DNA of 55,674 nucleotides, the filler included, from Nitrospirae bacterium CG2_30_53_67 (lineage in GTDB: Bacteria > CG2-30-53-67), in assembly GCA_001873285.1 (NCBI GenBank). It is 5 parts of 5 records of this genome, joined end to end, with 100 filler letters (N's around TTAATTAATTAA, not from the genome) between each part and the next. Parts side by side here need not be neighbours in the genome. Positions count along the whole stretch, not along the records: positions 17,057 to 32,138 come from MNYV01000157.1; positions 32,239 to 47,364 come from MNYV01000144.1; 3 more parts are not named here. One strand, given 5' to 3'. The translations under genes were made by a program, and so were the position numbers. The notes below the pieces were generated by a model. The model made no database searches, was not told where the DNA came from, and saw nothing but the letters and a program-made list of their open reading frames with translations. Numbering within the stretch: the stretch's first letter is position 1; the number at the start of each line of letters is the position of its first letter. Shown piece after piece: positions 28,362 through 37,457 of the stretch.

Positions 28362-29348
28362 TTAAGGCTTCAGTCCCAGCGCCGACTCCGCTGTCTCTAT
28401 GTTCTTGTACAGATCCTTGCTGTCTTCGTGCCCCTTGAGCATCTCTTCGGCGCGATTCAGCGTTTCACGAACCTTTGGATCATCTCCCTTTTCATGGTAG
28501 ATCCTGGCAAGAATCAGCAGATCCTGCACGGCGCCGGAAAGATCATCCGAAGCCGTATGCGAGAGAAAGGAACGCCCGGCATATTCCTCAGCCAGGGAGC
28601 TTTGGCCTCGGCTGAGATGAAACCGGGCGAGCCTTTGCAGGTCCAGAGAGACGCCGGATGGAATTTCCAACTTGCGGTGCCTCTTTAGGGCGGAGGTAAG
28701 AAGCGCCAGCGCCTCTTCAGGGCGGTCCCGGTTCATGGCCAGAACGCCGAGGCCGCTCTCTCTCGAGGCCATGCCGGGCTCGTCCCCGGCCTCCTGGTCC
28801 AGACGGTAGGCCTCCCTGAGATATGCCTCGGCATCCTCCCATGCCTGAAGGGTGATCTTCAGCCCGCCGAGCCTTCCGAGGGCCGTTTTCCTTGATCGGG
28901 TGTCACGATTCTCAAGAGAAATATTCTCAGCCGATTCGTAAGCGGAACGCGCCTTTTCATATTCCTCTTTCATGACGTAGGCATCGCCCATATGGATGAG
29001 GATGTCGGCCTCTGCGGCCCGGTCGGATACGGCCCTGGACAGCTTGAGCGCCTCTTGAAAAAACTCCAGCGCGCCGTCCGGGTCAGAGTGTTTCAGCCGG
29101 ATAGCCCCCAGGTTGTTCAGATCAATCAATGCCCCTTCCCGGTAATCGATGCTCCGGTTCAGCCGAAGGGCCCGTTCAAATTCCGATTGGGCGGCGCTGA
29201 GGTTGCCGAGGGAGAACTGTTTCATTCCGGCTTGGTTGGCCTCGGCGGAGAGGCCGCGAACCGGACCGAGAACCGCGCGGCGCGGCGCACAAGCCGAATT
29301 CAGAACCAGACAAAAAATCATCGGCAGGAAAAACCAAAATCTCATCAT
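28362..29348 (-). CDS. TPR-repeat lipoprotein
   Basis: Lipobox LNSAC and TPR-like repeats (LNNLGAI, ALGRLG). Overlaps the mlaD-like stop. Confidence 0.8.
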   Translation of the reverse strand: MMRFWFFLPMIFCLVLNSACAPRRAVLGPVRGLSAEANQAGMKQFSLGNLSAAQSEFERALRLNRSIDYREGALIDLNNLGAIRLKHSDPDGALEFFQEALKLSRAVSDRAAEADILIHMGDAYVMKEEYEKARSAYESAENISLENRDTRSRKTALGRLGGLKITLQAWEDAEAYLREAYRLDQEAGDEPGMASRESGLGVLAMNRDRPEEALALLTSALKRHRKLEIPSGVSLDLQRLARFHLSRGQSSLAEEYAGRSFLSHTASDDLSGAVQDLLILARIYHEKGDDPKVRETLNRAEEMLKGHEDSKDLYKNIETAESALGLKP

Positions 29349-30370
29349 GGCTCGGTCTCCTGATCATGAAATGGAGAAGCCTCCAGCAGGATTCTCTCTT
29401 CAGCCGTGGGACGTTCCGGGAGGTTGCCGCGTATCAGCCAGTTCCGTTTGGCCGACTCCATCACGTCCTCGGCCCCCCGTGCCGCGTTCCGGAATGATCC
29501 TGAAATGGCCGGGAGGTCTCTGGATGCTGTCAGGAGATTTTTCGTGGTTTCGTCCACTCGGAGGGTGATCTCGGGAAAATGCTCCGAGCTTTTAAGCAGG
29601 TCCCTTGAGACAGCGCTGATGTCTTCCATGGCCTTTCTCGTAGAGTCCATCAAAGCCGGTAGATCCGCTGAAGCCGGCTCGATCCCGGCCATTGTTTTTT
29701 TCAAGGCTTCTGCAGCTTCACTGCCGGAACGAACCAGTGAGACGAATTCATTATAGAGCGCCGGGTCGTTCACGGCCGAACCGATGGATCCTTTTCCCTG
29801 GTCTACCTTCTTCAAGATATTATCGGCATGCTCCAGAGCGGCTGCCATGGGAATTTTTTCCATGGAGAACTCCCCGGTGATCCTGGAGAGATGGGTGAGA
29901 ATTTGATCCACCTTGGCCACCATGGGCGACAACTGGTCCACAACGCCGGCAATATCGAAGGGGTCCTTGGATGGGATACCGGCCCCGTTCGGGATGATCA
30001 TCTTCTCTTTGGAACCGATCATAATCTCTACGCTCTTATCCCCCAGGATCCCGACCGAACTGATGGTGGCCACCGAGTCTCCCCGGATCTGTTCCTGATA
30101 CCTCGTCTGTATGGAGAGGACGGCCAGAACCTTCCCGTCCGCAGTAAAATCCAACGACTCGACGTTCCCCACCTCAAGCCCTGCCAGACGGACCGGCGAG
30201 CCCACCTTGAGTCCGCCGACTTGGGAAAAGAGGGCGGTCAACCGGTAGCGGGGCTCAAACAGCTTCTGCTTCCCGGCGATGGTAAACACCAGGACCGAGA
30301 TCACGGCCAGCCCAATCAGGATAAACAGCCCGACAATGGTTTCAGTGGTTCTCGATTCCGGCTTTGACAT
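29345..30370 (-). CDS. mlaD: MCE/MlaD-family protein with helical extension
   Basis: IVGLFI, GLKVGSPVRLAGLEVGNV, GILGDKSVEI. Confidence 0.88.
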   Translation of the reverse strand: MSKPESRTTETIVGLFILIGLAVISVLVFTIAGKQKLFEPRYRLTALFSQVGGLKVGSPVRLAGLEVGNVESLDFTADGKVLAVLSIQTRYQEQIRGDSVATISSVGILGDKSVEIMIGSKEKMIIPNGAGIPSKDPFDIAGVVDQLSPMVAKVDQILTHLSRITGEFSMEKIPMAAALEHADNILKKVDQGKGSIGSAVNDPALYNEFVSLVRSGSEAAEALKKTMAGIEPASADLPALMDSTRKAMEDISAVSRDLLKSSEHFPEITLRVDETTKNLLTASRDLPAISGSFRNAARGAEDVMESAKRNWLIRGNLPERPTAEERILLEASPFHDQETEP

Positions 30371-30452
30371 ATCCTCCTCCTTATCCGACGAATTTCAAAA
30401 ACTAACCGGTAGAGAACACAGAGTATTTCTCTGTGGACTCTGTGGTTTCATC

Positions 30453-31205
30453 TTACCCATAAAGGAACTCCCTGACTTTGGGATCGGGGTTCCCCTTGAT
30501 TTCTTCAAGAGAATCCGTAAGCAAAATCTTCCCATCATGGAGCATGGACACCCTGTCCGCCACCTTGAAGGCCAGACGGATGTCGTGCGTCACCACCAGG
30601 GAGGTGATCGTCAGCCTCTTCTGAAGATCCCGGATCAGACCTCCGATGGTGTCCGAGGTAATCGGATCGAGCCCTGTGGTCGGCTCATCGTAAAAAACAA
30701 TCTCCGGCTCGAGGGCGATGGTCCTGGCCAGAGCGACTCGTTTCTGCATGCCCCCGGAAAGCTCCGACGGCATCTTATCCTGGATCTCTCCGAGACCCGC
30801 CATGGCAAGGAGCCTTGACACCTTTTCATCAATCTCGGGCCGATCCAGTTTTGTATGGATCTCCAAAGGGAAAGCGATGTTGTCCCTCACATTCATGGAG
30901 TCAAAGAGCGCCGCCCCCTGAAACAGGAACCCCACTCGGGTCCAGATCTCCTTCCATTCCGATTCCGTGCGGAAGGCCGTGACCTCTCTGCCTTGAATCA
31001 TCACGCGGCCTCGATCGGGCTTCAAAAGTCCGATCAGGATGCCGAGCAGGACCGATTTCCCTGAACCGCTCCCGCCAAGAAGGACCAGGGTTTCTCCTTT
31101 GTGCACCATGAGGTCGATGCCGCTTAAGACCTCCATATCTCCGAATGACTTCCCGACACCCTCGACACGGATGACCGGTTCCTCTCCATTCCCTCCATCA
31201 CTCAT
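30453..31205 (-). CDS. mlaF: MlaF-type ABC ATPase
   Basis: GGSGSGKS, FQGAALFDSM, ELSGGMQKRVALAR, YDEPTTGLDP. Confidence 0.92.
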   Translation of the reverse strand: MSDGGNGEEPVIRVEGVGKSFGDMEVLSGIDLMVHKGETLVLLGGSGSGKSVLLGILIGLLKPDRGRVMIQGREVTAFRTESEWKEIWTRVGFLFQGAALFDSMNVRDNIAFPLEIHTKLDRPEIDEKVSRLLAMAGLGEIQDKMPSELSGGMQKRVALARTIALEPEIVFYDEPTTGLDPITSDTIGGLIRDLQKRLTITSLVVTHDIRLAFKVADRVSMLHDGKILLTDSLEEIKGNPDPKVREFLYG

Positions 31206-31208
31206 GCA

Positions 31209-31991
31209 TCATCCTCCGAAGACCACGATAAAGGCCTGGGTCAGAAACACATCGGATATGAAGATCATCAGAAAATTGACCACCACGGTCCGGGTGGTGG
31301 CCAGGCCTACCCCGGTCGTGCCTCCTTTCGCTCGGAAGCCCCCATGGGTGCTCACCACGCCGACCAGGAGGCCGAAGAAGACCCCCTTGAGCAGTCCCGG
31401 AATGAGATCATTCAACTGTACGAACTGGAAGGTGATATCCATATAGAGATCCGGGCTGATCCCCCCCTGTGTAACCCCCATGAGCATCCCGCCGGCCATG
31501 CCGATCAGGTCCGCAAAGGCGGTCAGGATGGGGATCGCGATCATACAGGCCAGTATCCGGGTCACCACAAGATATTTCATGGGGTTCACGGCAAGCACCT
31601 GGAGGGCATCAATCTGCCTCGTCACGCGCATGGAACCGAGTTCCGCGCTGATCCCGGAACCGGACCGGCCGGCCACCATCAGCGCCGTAATCACAGGCCC
31701 CAGCTCCTTAACCACGGAGAGCCCCACGGCCGCAGCCACGTAATGGACCGCGCCGAACTTCTTCAAGAGGTGGATGGAATGCATGGAAAGCACCACCCCG
31801 ATTGCGAAAGACGAGATCGCGGTCAGGGGGAAAGAGCGGATCCCGATCTCGAGGACCTGGCGGACCATGAGCCTGAAAAAAAGAGGTCTTTGGAAGAGGT
31901 TGCGGATCGCCGAAAAGGCAAAGAGCGTGAGGTCGCCCATGTAGCGCGCTAAATCCATCACGGGCCTTCCGGTCTTCTCAAGGATATTCAA
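31209..31991 (-). CDS. mlaE: MlaE-type ABC permease
   Basis: ELGPVITALMVAGRSGSGISAELGSMRVTRQIDAL, GVGLATTRTVV. TTG start. Confidence 0.92.
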   Translation of the reverse strand: MNILEKTGRPVMDLARYMGDLTLFAFSAIRNLFQRPLFFRLMVRQVLEIGIRSFPLTAISSFAIGVVLSMHSIHLLKKFGAVHYVAAAVGLSVVKELGPVITALMVAGRSGSGISAELGSMRVTRQIDALQVLAVNPMKYLVVTRILACMIAIPILTAFADLIGMAGGMLMGVTQGGISPDLYMDITFQFVQLNDLIPGLLKGVFFGLLVGVVSTHGGFRAKGGTTGVGLATTRTVVVNFLMIFISDVFLTQAFIVVFGG

Positions 31992-32138
31992 TCGTCTTCT
32001 CTCCGCTTCAGGTCTTGCATGTTCAGATCAAGATATATGAAAACGAGCTGAAGAAACAAGGACAAGCGCGCCGGGATTCACTTCTTCTGCATATAAACCG
32101 ATTTATCCCCGATATCCAGATCCACTCGCATGATCACC

Positions 32139-32238
32139 NNNNNNNNNNNNNNNNNNNNNNNNNNNNNNNNNNNNNNNNNNNNTTAATTAATTAANNNNNN
32201 NNNNNNNNNNNNNNNNNNNNNNNNNNNNNNNNNNNNNN
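32139..32238. other. Artificial contig-joining spacer
   Basis: N-run + TTAATTAATTAA + N-run. Confidence 0.98.
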
Positions 32239-32529
32239 ACATAAACCGACGGAGAATATCCCCGATTGCTGCCGGGCTGCGGCAATTGGGACTCCACAAG
32301 GGCTTTCAGGCCAAGACCCTCATTGAACTCGGAGAGCAGGGATAATCCCCCATGGGCCGTTAAAGCCTCGGATGTCGATTCTAACTTGAAAGGAAACACG
32401 GTTTGTTGTATCATCTCATCACCCCTTTTGGTTGGCGGTTTCACCTTACAGGTGAGTATTATACTCACCAGAAACCTATAAACCAAGAGGGTTTTTTGTT
32501 CTTAATGATTTTCTATCGCTGATTTAGGG
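32239..32529 (-). mobile_element. IS1380-family element, left end and transposase 5' part (cut by contig end)
   Basis: ORF from ATG 32414: MIQQTVFPFKLE...LTAHGGLSLL...LPQPGSNRGY. Probable terminus CCCTAAATC at ~32529 on the minus strand. Confidence 0.75.
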
Positions 32530-32537
32530 TTCCGCCC

Positions 32538-32719
32538 GGGTCTGCGACAAATTTATAGGTAACCATTTCTCTAACACTCATTCCCCGACTCGATCGGGGA
32601 ATCCAGACAAAACATAAGGAGTGGATGCTCCGGTTGGCCCTGTCCTCCGATCCCCCGATCAAGTCGGAGGACAGGCCCGATCGGGGGATCGAAGGACAGA
32701 CATTTTTGTCGCACATCCC
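32538..32719 (+). mobile_element. MITE family 2, copy A (TIR GGG..TGCGACAAA) carrying an internal GTCATTCCCCGACTCGATCGGGGAATCCA-type palindrome
   Basis: GGGTCTGCGACAAATTTATAGG...TTTGTCGCACATCCC. Shares its first ~60 bp with the inverted copy at 36527-36650. Confidence 0.7.
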
Positions 32720-32840
32720 CGCGGAACCATCTTGACTTGAATGTGCGCGATAGGGTATTTTACATGAATCTGAACAGCCGGAGGGAGACCTTAAGAACTC
32801 ATTTGGGAGATGCCGCCGAGGATCAAACAAGGAACCAAGA

Positions 32841-34253
32841 GTGAATCAAGGAAACAAAAAACTTCGGAATCTACCCGCCGTTGAAACCGTCCTGAATGCC
32901 CCGGACATCCAGCAGGCGCTCAAGGAAACGCCGAGATGGCTGATCCTGGATGCCATACGGAGTGTCCTCAACCGGATCCGTGAGAAAATCCTCTCCGGAT
33001 TTCCGATGTCCGATGAGGAAACCGGCCTGATGATGATCATTCCGCTCGTCATGGAGTCCATGAAGACCCTGGGGCGCTGCCGACTCCGGCCGGTGATCAA
33101 CGCGACGGGCGTGGTCATCCATACCAATCTTGGCCGCTCGGTCCTATCCCAGGAGACCATGGACCATGTAGCGGAAGTCTCGTCCCGATATTCCAACTTG
33201 GAGTATGATCTTGAAACAGGGAGACGCGGCTCGCGCGAGAGCCACGTGGAAGAGATCCTCTGCCGGCTCTCCGGCAGCGAGTCGGCCCTGGTGGTCAACA
33301 ACAATGCCGGCGCCGTACTCCTTGCGTTGAACACCCTGGCCGAGGACAAAGAGGTCATCGTTTCCAGGGGCCAGCTCGTGGAGATCGGCGGCTCATTCCG
33401 GATCCCTGACGTGATCAGGAAATCCGGCTGCACCCTGATCGAAGTGGGGACCACAAACAAGACCCACCCCAGGGATTACCGGAATGCCGTCAGCCCGAAA
33501 ACCGCCTGCCTGCTCAGGGTCCATTTGAGCAACTTTGAAATGAAAGGGTTTGTCCTGGAGGTCTCCCGCAAAGAGATCAAGGAGATCGCCCTCGAATTCG
33601 ACCTCCCGCTCGTGGAGGATCTGGGGAGCGGGAGCCTGATCGACCTCTCTGAATACGGATTAAAAAAGGAACCCACGGTGCAGGAATCCATTGACGAAGG
33701 TGTCGATCTGGTGACGTTCAGCGGGGATAAGCTTCTGGGCGGGCCGCAGGCCGGGATCTTGGCCGGCAAGAAAGCCATCCTCGACAAAATCAAAAAAAAC
33801 CCGCTCACCAGGGCCCTGCGGGTCGATAAGATGACCCTTGCGGCCTTGGAATCGACCTTGCGGGAATGGATGGACCCAGGCCAAGCCCTGAAACGGATCC
33901 CCGCACTGAGAATGATGACCCTGCCGGCCGGCGAGCTGAAATTCAGGGCCGAAAAACTTTCGGCGATGATCCGATCCAGAATTGGAGACGCCCTGGTTAT
34001 CGAGGTCGAGCAGGATGTCTCCGAGGTCGGCGGCGGCGCCTCACCGGAAGCCGCCATCCCGACTTGGGTGGTCTCCCTTTACTCATCGAAGGTTTCTGTA
34101 AACGAGATCGAAGAGTCCTTCCGCTTTGCCGATCCCCCGGTCATCGGACGGATTAGAAAAAACCGATTCATTCTGGACGTGAGAACGGTTCAGGACCATG
34201 ACCTCGAGGAGATCGCCGTCGCAGCGGAAGAGGCCATGGGTGCAAAAGAGTAG
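32841..34253 (+). CDS. selA: L-seryl-tRNA(Sec) selenium transferase
   Basis: VINATGVVIHTNLGRS, VVNNNAGAV, SRGQLVEIGGSFRIP, FSGDKLLGGPQAG. Confidence 0.96.
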   Translation: MNQGNKKLRNLPAVETVLNAPDIQQALKETPRWLILDAIRSVLNRIREKILSGFPMSDEETGLMMIIPLVMESMKTLGRCRLRPVINATGVVIHTNLGRSVLSQETMDHVAEVSSRYSNLEYDLETGRRGSRESHVEEILCRLSGSESALVVNNNAGAVLLALNTLAEDKEVIVSRGQLVEIGGSFRIPDVIRKSGCTLIEVGTTNKTHPRDYRNAVSPKTACLLRVHLSNFEMKGFVLEVSRKEIKEIALEFDLPLVEDLGSGSLIDLSEYGLKKEPTVQESIDEGVDLVTFSGDKLLGGPQAGILAGKKAILDKIKKNPLTRALRVDKMTLAALESTLREWMDPGQALKRIPALRMMTLPAGELKFRAEKLSAMIRSRIGDALVIEVEQDVSEVGGGASPEAAIPTWVVSLYSSKVSVNEIEESFRFADPPVIGRIRKNRFILDVRTVQDHDLEEIAVAAEEAMGAKE

Positions 34254-34332
34254 CCGGATGTTTTTTATTTTATATCATTCATGGGAGTCTGGATCCTCCG
34301 TCCATATCCCGTGAAATTCTTGGGTTGAGGTC

Positions 34333-35085
34333 ATGATTGAAGACAAAAAAATGCCCCTGACCGAACACCTGGTGGAACTCCGCTCCAGGCTGATCAAGAT
34401 GACGATCTGCATCGTGGCCGCCTCAATCGTATGCTATATCTTCCGATTCCAAATCCTGGAGTTTGTCCAGGCGCCGATCAAGAAATCCATGAAAAACGAG
34501 CCGCTCAGGTATTTTTCCCTGATGGAACCCTTCCTTGTCCATATCAAGGTATCGGTCTACGCCGGTCTTTTCTTCTCGATCCCGGTCATCCTCTACCAGA
34601 TGTGGATGTTTGTGGCGCCGGGGCTCCTGGAGAAAGAAAGAAAATATGTCCTGCCGTTTATCATCATGGGGAGCCTCTTCTTCCTGCTCGGCGCAGGCCT
34701 TTGCTACCTGGTCATCCTCCCCTATGGAACCGAGTTCTTTCTCAGCTTTGATCCCACACTTCAGTCCACCATCAATATTGCAAGCTATATCAGTTTCTAT
34801 ATCTCGATGACCCTGGTTTTCGGGTTCGTCTTCCAACTCCCCTTGATCATGGTCGTTCTGAGCAGAATCGGATTCGTGACCTCCCAGGGGCTGGCCAAAA
34901 AAAGAAGACACGCCATCGTCATCATCTTCATCGTGGCAGCGATCCTCACCCCTCCGGACCCGGTGAGCCAGACCTGTATGGCCATCCCTCTCGTCATCAT
35001 GTACGAACTCAGCATCTATCTGACCCGGATCTTCGGAAGAAAGATCCCGGAAACCAAGAGCGCCGCACTCGAACGCCGGACATGA
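34333..35085 (+). CDS. tatC: Twin-arginine translocase subunit C
   Basis: MPLTEHLVELRSR, FVAPGL...E, FQLP, AAILTPPDPVSQ, MYE. Confidence 0.95.
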   Translation: MIEDKKMPLTEHLVELRSRLIKMTICIVAASIVCYIFRFQILEFVQAPIKKSMKNEPLRYFSLMEPFLVHIKVSVYAGLFFSIPVILYQMWMFVAPGLLEKERKYVLPFIIMGSLFFLLGAGLCYLVILPYGTEFFLSFDPTLQSTINIASYISFYISMTLVFGFVFQLPLIMVVLSRIGFVTSQGLAKKRRHAIVIIFIVAAILTPPDPVSQTCMAIPLVIMYELSIYLTRIFGRKIPETKSAALERRT

Positions 35086-35124
35086 CCGATCCGCTTCTTA
35101 TTCTAACTTGCAATCAAGTTGAGA

Positions 35125-35385
35125 CTTTTAATCCACGGCCCCAAGGACTCACAGTCGCGTACTCATACTTGAATTCCCGCACCAGCGCCAGGTTCACCAT
35201 GGGCCTTAACGGCGCCGGCGCCCAGCAGGAACGGGGATCGCTCATCCGACCCAAGCGAGCCTCGTCCTGAAACATCAGACGAACCGGCAAATGGTTCTGG
35301 TTCTTCAGGCAGACGGCTTCCACAAGCTCCGGGAGTTTTTTTTAAACTCTTCTTGCGCAGCCTGTTTATGGAGAGGCAAAGGTCT
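35125..35385 (-). pseudogene. IS630-family transposase internal fragment
   Basis: QAAQEEF plus an A8C slippery site (+ strand GTTTTTTTT at ~35335), then VRLMFQDEARLGRMSDPRSCWAP...RP...VREFKYEY..VSP. Confidence 0.8.
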
Positions 35386-35710
35386 GAATCACGTGAAGTT
35401 CATGCTGATAGGACATTTTCTGAACGCAAAGCTCAATAAACAGCAATATGCCTATCAGAAAAAGCTCGAGCAGATGGAAGAAAAACTAAGTCCTTCAATT
35501 CATAATTTCGATTACGAACCTATGAACTCAGGACTGAGTACTGAGTGAGCATTTAACCGGATCTTGCTACACAAAAATGTGTCACCATATTTACGAATCC
35601 AAGCACTAATCAACCGCACCAATAATCTGCTCCTGGAATATTGATTAGAAGTAATGATCTTGCAGTTATCTGTTTCGAGAATTCAGTATCCCGGGTCGAA
35701 TTTTCAGGGT

Positions 35711-36232
35711 CTAACCGCCGCAACTGCATCCGCTTCCGCATTGCGAAGCGTCACCCTGATCGCAGGACGACATGCTGTTCAGCTCATCGATCTCTTCCTG
35801 AGAAGCCTTTCTGACGGATTTGATCACGATATCAAAGACCAAAGTCTTCCCGGATAGGGGATGGTTCAGGTCGATCTCCGCCATGTCCTGTTCGATAGCC
35901 GTCACCGCAAAGGTCACAGGCATCCCCTGGGGAGACCTGGATTGAAAGGTCATGCCGACCTTGAGCTCCAAATCCTCAGAGAAATGGCTGACCGGGACCT
36001 TCTGGATCAGTTCGGGAACATGCTCCCCATACCCATCTTCCGGCTGGATCACTGCCTGAAAAGAGTCGTTCTCTTCCCGGCCCATTAATTCCTTTTCCAA
36101 ACCGGGGATGATCTGGTTATAGCCGCAGATGAACTCGATCGGTTCATCGGGCTTGGATTTGTCCACCACCTCCCCGGATTTGAGGCTCAGTTGATAATCC
36201 ATAGTGACATGCGATTCTTTTTGAATTTTCAT
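35711..36232 (-). CDS. slyD: FKBP-type peptidyl-prolyl isomerase SlyD
   Basis: IIPGLEKEL, PEDGYGE, DLNHPLSGKTL, Cys/Gly-rich metal-binding tail. Start reassigned to 36232. Confidence 0.92.
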   Translation of the reverse strand: MKIQKESHVTMDYQLSLKSGEVVDKSKPDEPIEFICGYNQIIPGLEKELMGREENDSFQAVIQPEDGYGEHVPELIQKVPVSHFSEDLELKVGMTFQSRSPQGMPVTFAVTAIEQDMAEIDLNHPLSGKTLVFDIVIKSVRKASQEEIDELNSMSSCDQGDASQCGSGCSCGG

Positions 36233-36286
36233 ATTCTTTACCCTTTTTAAAAATATAATAAAAACATCCATCCCTTGAAGAACTAA

Positions 36287-36448
36287 GCGGTCCTATTCGT
36301 AAATATGGTGACGTACCGAGAGGGTCGTAGGGCGGGTTCATCAAGGCGCGCGACCGAGGCGTACCCCTCTGGTACACCGCAAGGAGCGGAACGCCGATGA
36401 GACCGCCCTACGGCACTCGAATGCCACCGTATTTACGAATAGGGCCAC
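36287..36448 (+). mobile_element. 162-bp MITE, copy 3
   Basis: Same element as 8987-9148, with TAA flanks at 36284-36286 and 36449-36451. Confidence 0.85.
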
Positions 36449-36526
36449 TAAGGCGCCCACCCATACACATGGATGGGCGCAGGCTATTTTATTTTTCCTG
36501 TTTTGTCAATTCTTTTAAATCCCCTG

Positions 36527-36650
36527 GGGTGTGCGACAAATTTATGGGTACACATCAGGATTACATATGTTTGTCATTGTCCGGTCCCCCGATCGAGTCG
36601 GGGAATGACACTCTTAGAGAAATATTTACCTATAAATTTGTCGCAGACCC
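36527..36650 (-). mobile_element. MITE family 2, copy B
   Basis: GGGTGTGCGACAAATTTAT...ATAAATTTGTCGCAGACCC. Flanks AATCCCCTG/AATCCCCGG look like a 9-bp target duplication with one mismatch. Confidence 0.7.
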
Positions 36651-36839
36651 AATCCCCGGCAAGAGATGCGCTGATCCGGCAGGGATTTTAAAAATGATTT
36701 TCATTAAACTGTGATTATACCTTGACGGGAGGGACCTGATCAGCTAATATCTTCTCGTCTTTCAGAATATCTGAAACAAATAACAAAGAAAGCCGGCAGG
36801 CCTCATCCGGCGCCTGGTGTTCCCGATAAGGTAAAAAAC

Positions 36840-37457
36840 ATGAAAATTTTCCCCAAGCAGGTCGATTTCTTTGAAATATTTGATCAAGCAGCGGATAATG
36901 TCAATGAGGCGTCCTCTCATCTCGTGGATCTTTTTGCCGATTTTTCCCTCCTGGAAGAAAAGATCAAAAAAATCTACGACCTCGAACAGAAAGGGGATAC
37001 CCTGACGCACGAGGTCATGAAAAGGCTGAATATGACTTTCATCACGCCGATTGACCGGGAGGACATTCATACCCTGGCGGCCCGGCTGGACGATGTCCTG
37101 GACCTGATCTGGGGGGCCGTGGATCGGTTAAGCGTTTTCAGGATACAGGCCGGCACCCCGCAGGCCCTTGAACTGGCAAAGACGCTCCACAAGACCACCG
37201 AAGCCATTGTCCGGACCATCGGTTATCTCAAAGAAAAAAAATACTCCTTTGTCTCCGACACCTGTATTGAGATCAACCGGCTGGAAAACAAGGTGGACCG
37301 GATCTTCAGGGATGCCCTGGGACAACTCTTTGATGACATCAAGGACCCTTTGATGATCATCAAATGGAAAGAGATCTATGAACATCTTGAAGATGCATCG
37401 GACCGCTGCGAGGATGTGGCCAATATCCTCGAGAGCATCGTCTTAAAATATGCTTGA
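36840..37457 (+). CDS. DUF47 / PhoU-like phosphate transport regulator
   Basis: TFITPIDREDI, LDDVLD, LENKVD, IKWKEIYEHLEDASDRCEDVAN. Lies upstream of pit. Confidence 0.92.
   Translation: MKIFPKQVDFFEIFDQAADNVNEASSHLVDLFADFSLLEEKIKKIYDLEQKGDTLTHEVMKRLNMTFITPIDREDIHTLAARLDDVLDLIWGAVDRLSVFRIQAGTPQALELAKTLHKTTEAIVRTIGYLKEKKYSFVSDTCIEINRLENKVDRIFRDALGQLFDDIKDPLMIIKWKEIYEHLEDASDRCEDVANILESIVLKYA

Noticed and set aside
32078..32138. Short minus-strand ORF tail (VIMRVDLDIGDKSVYMQKK*) at the contig end
   Set aside because: It is too short to assign. It may be the end of an upstream gene but cannot be identified.
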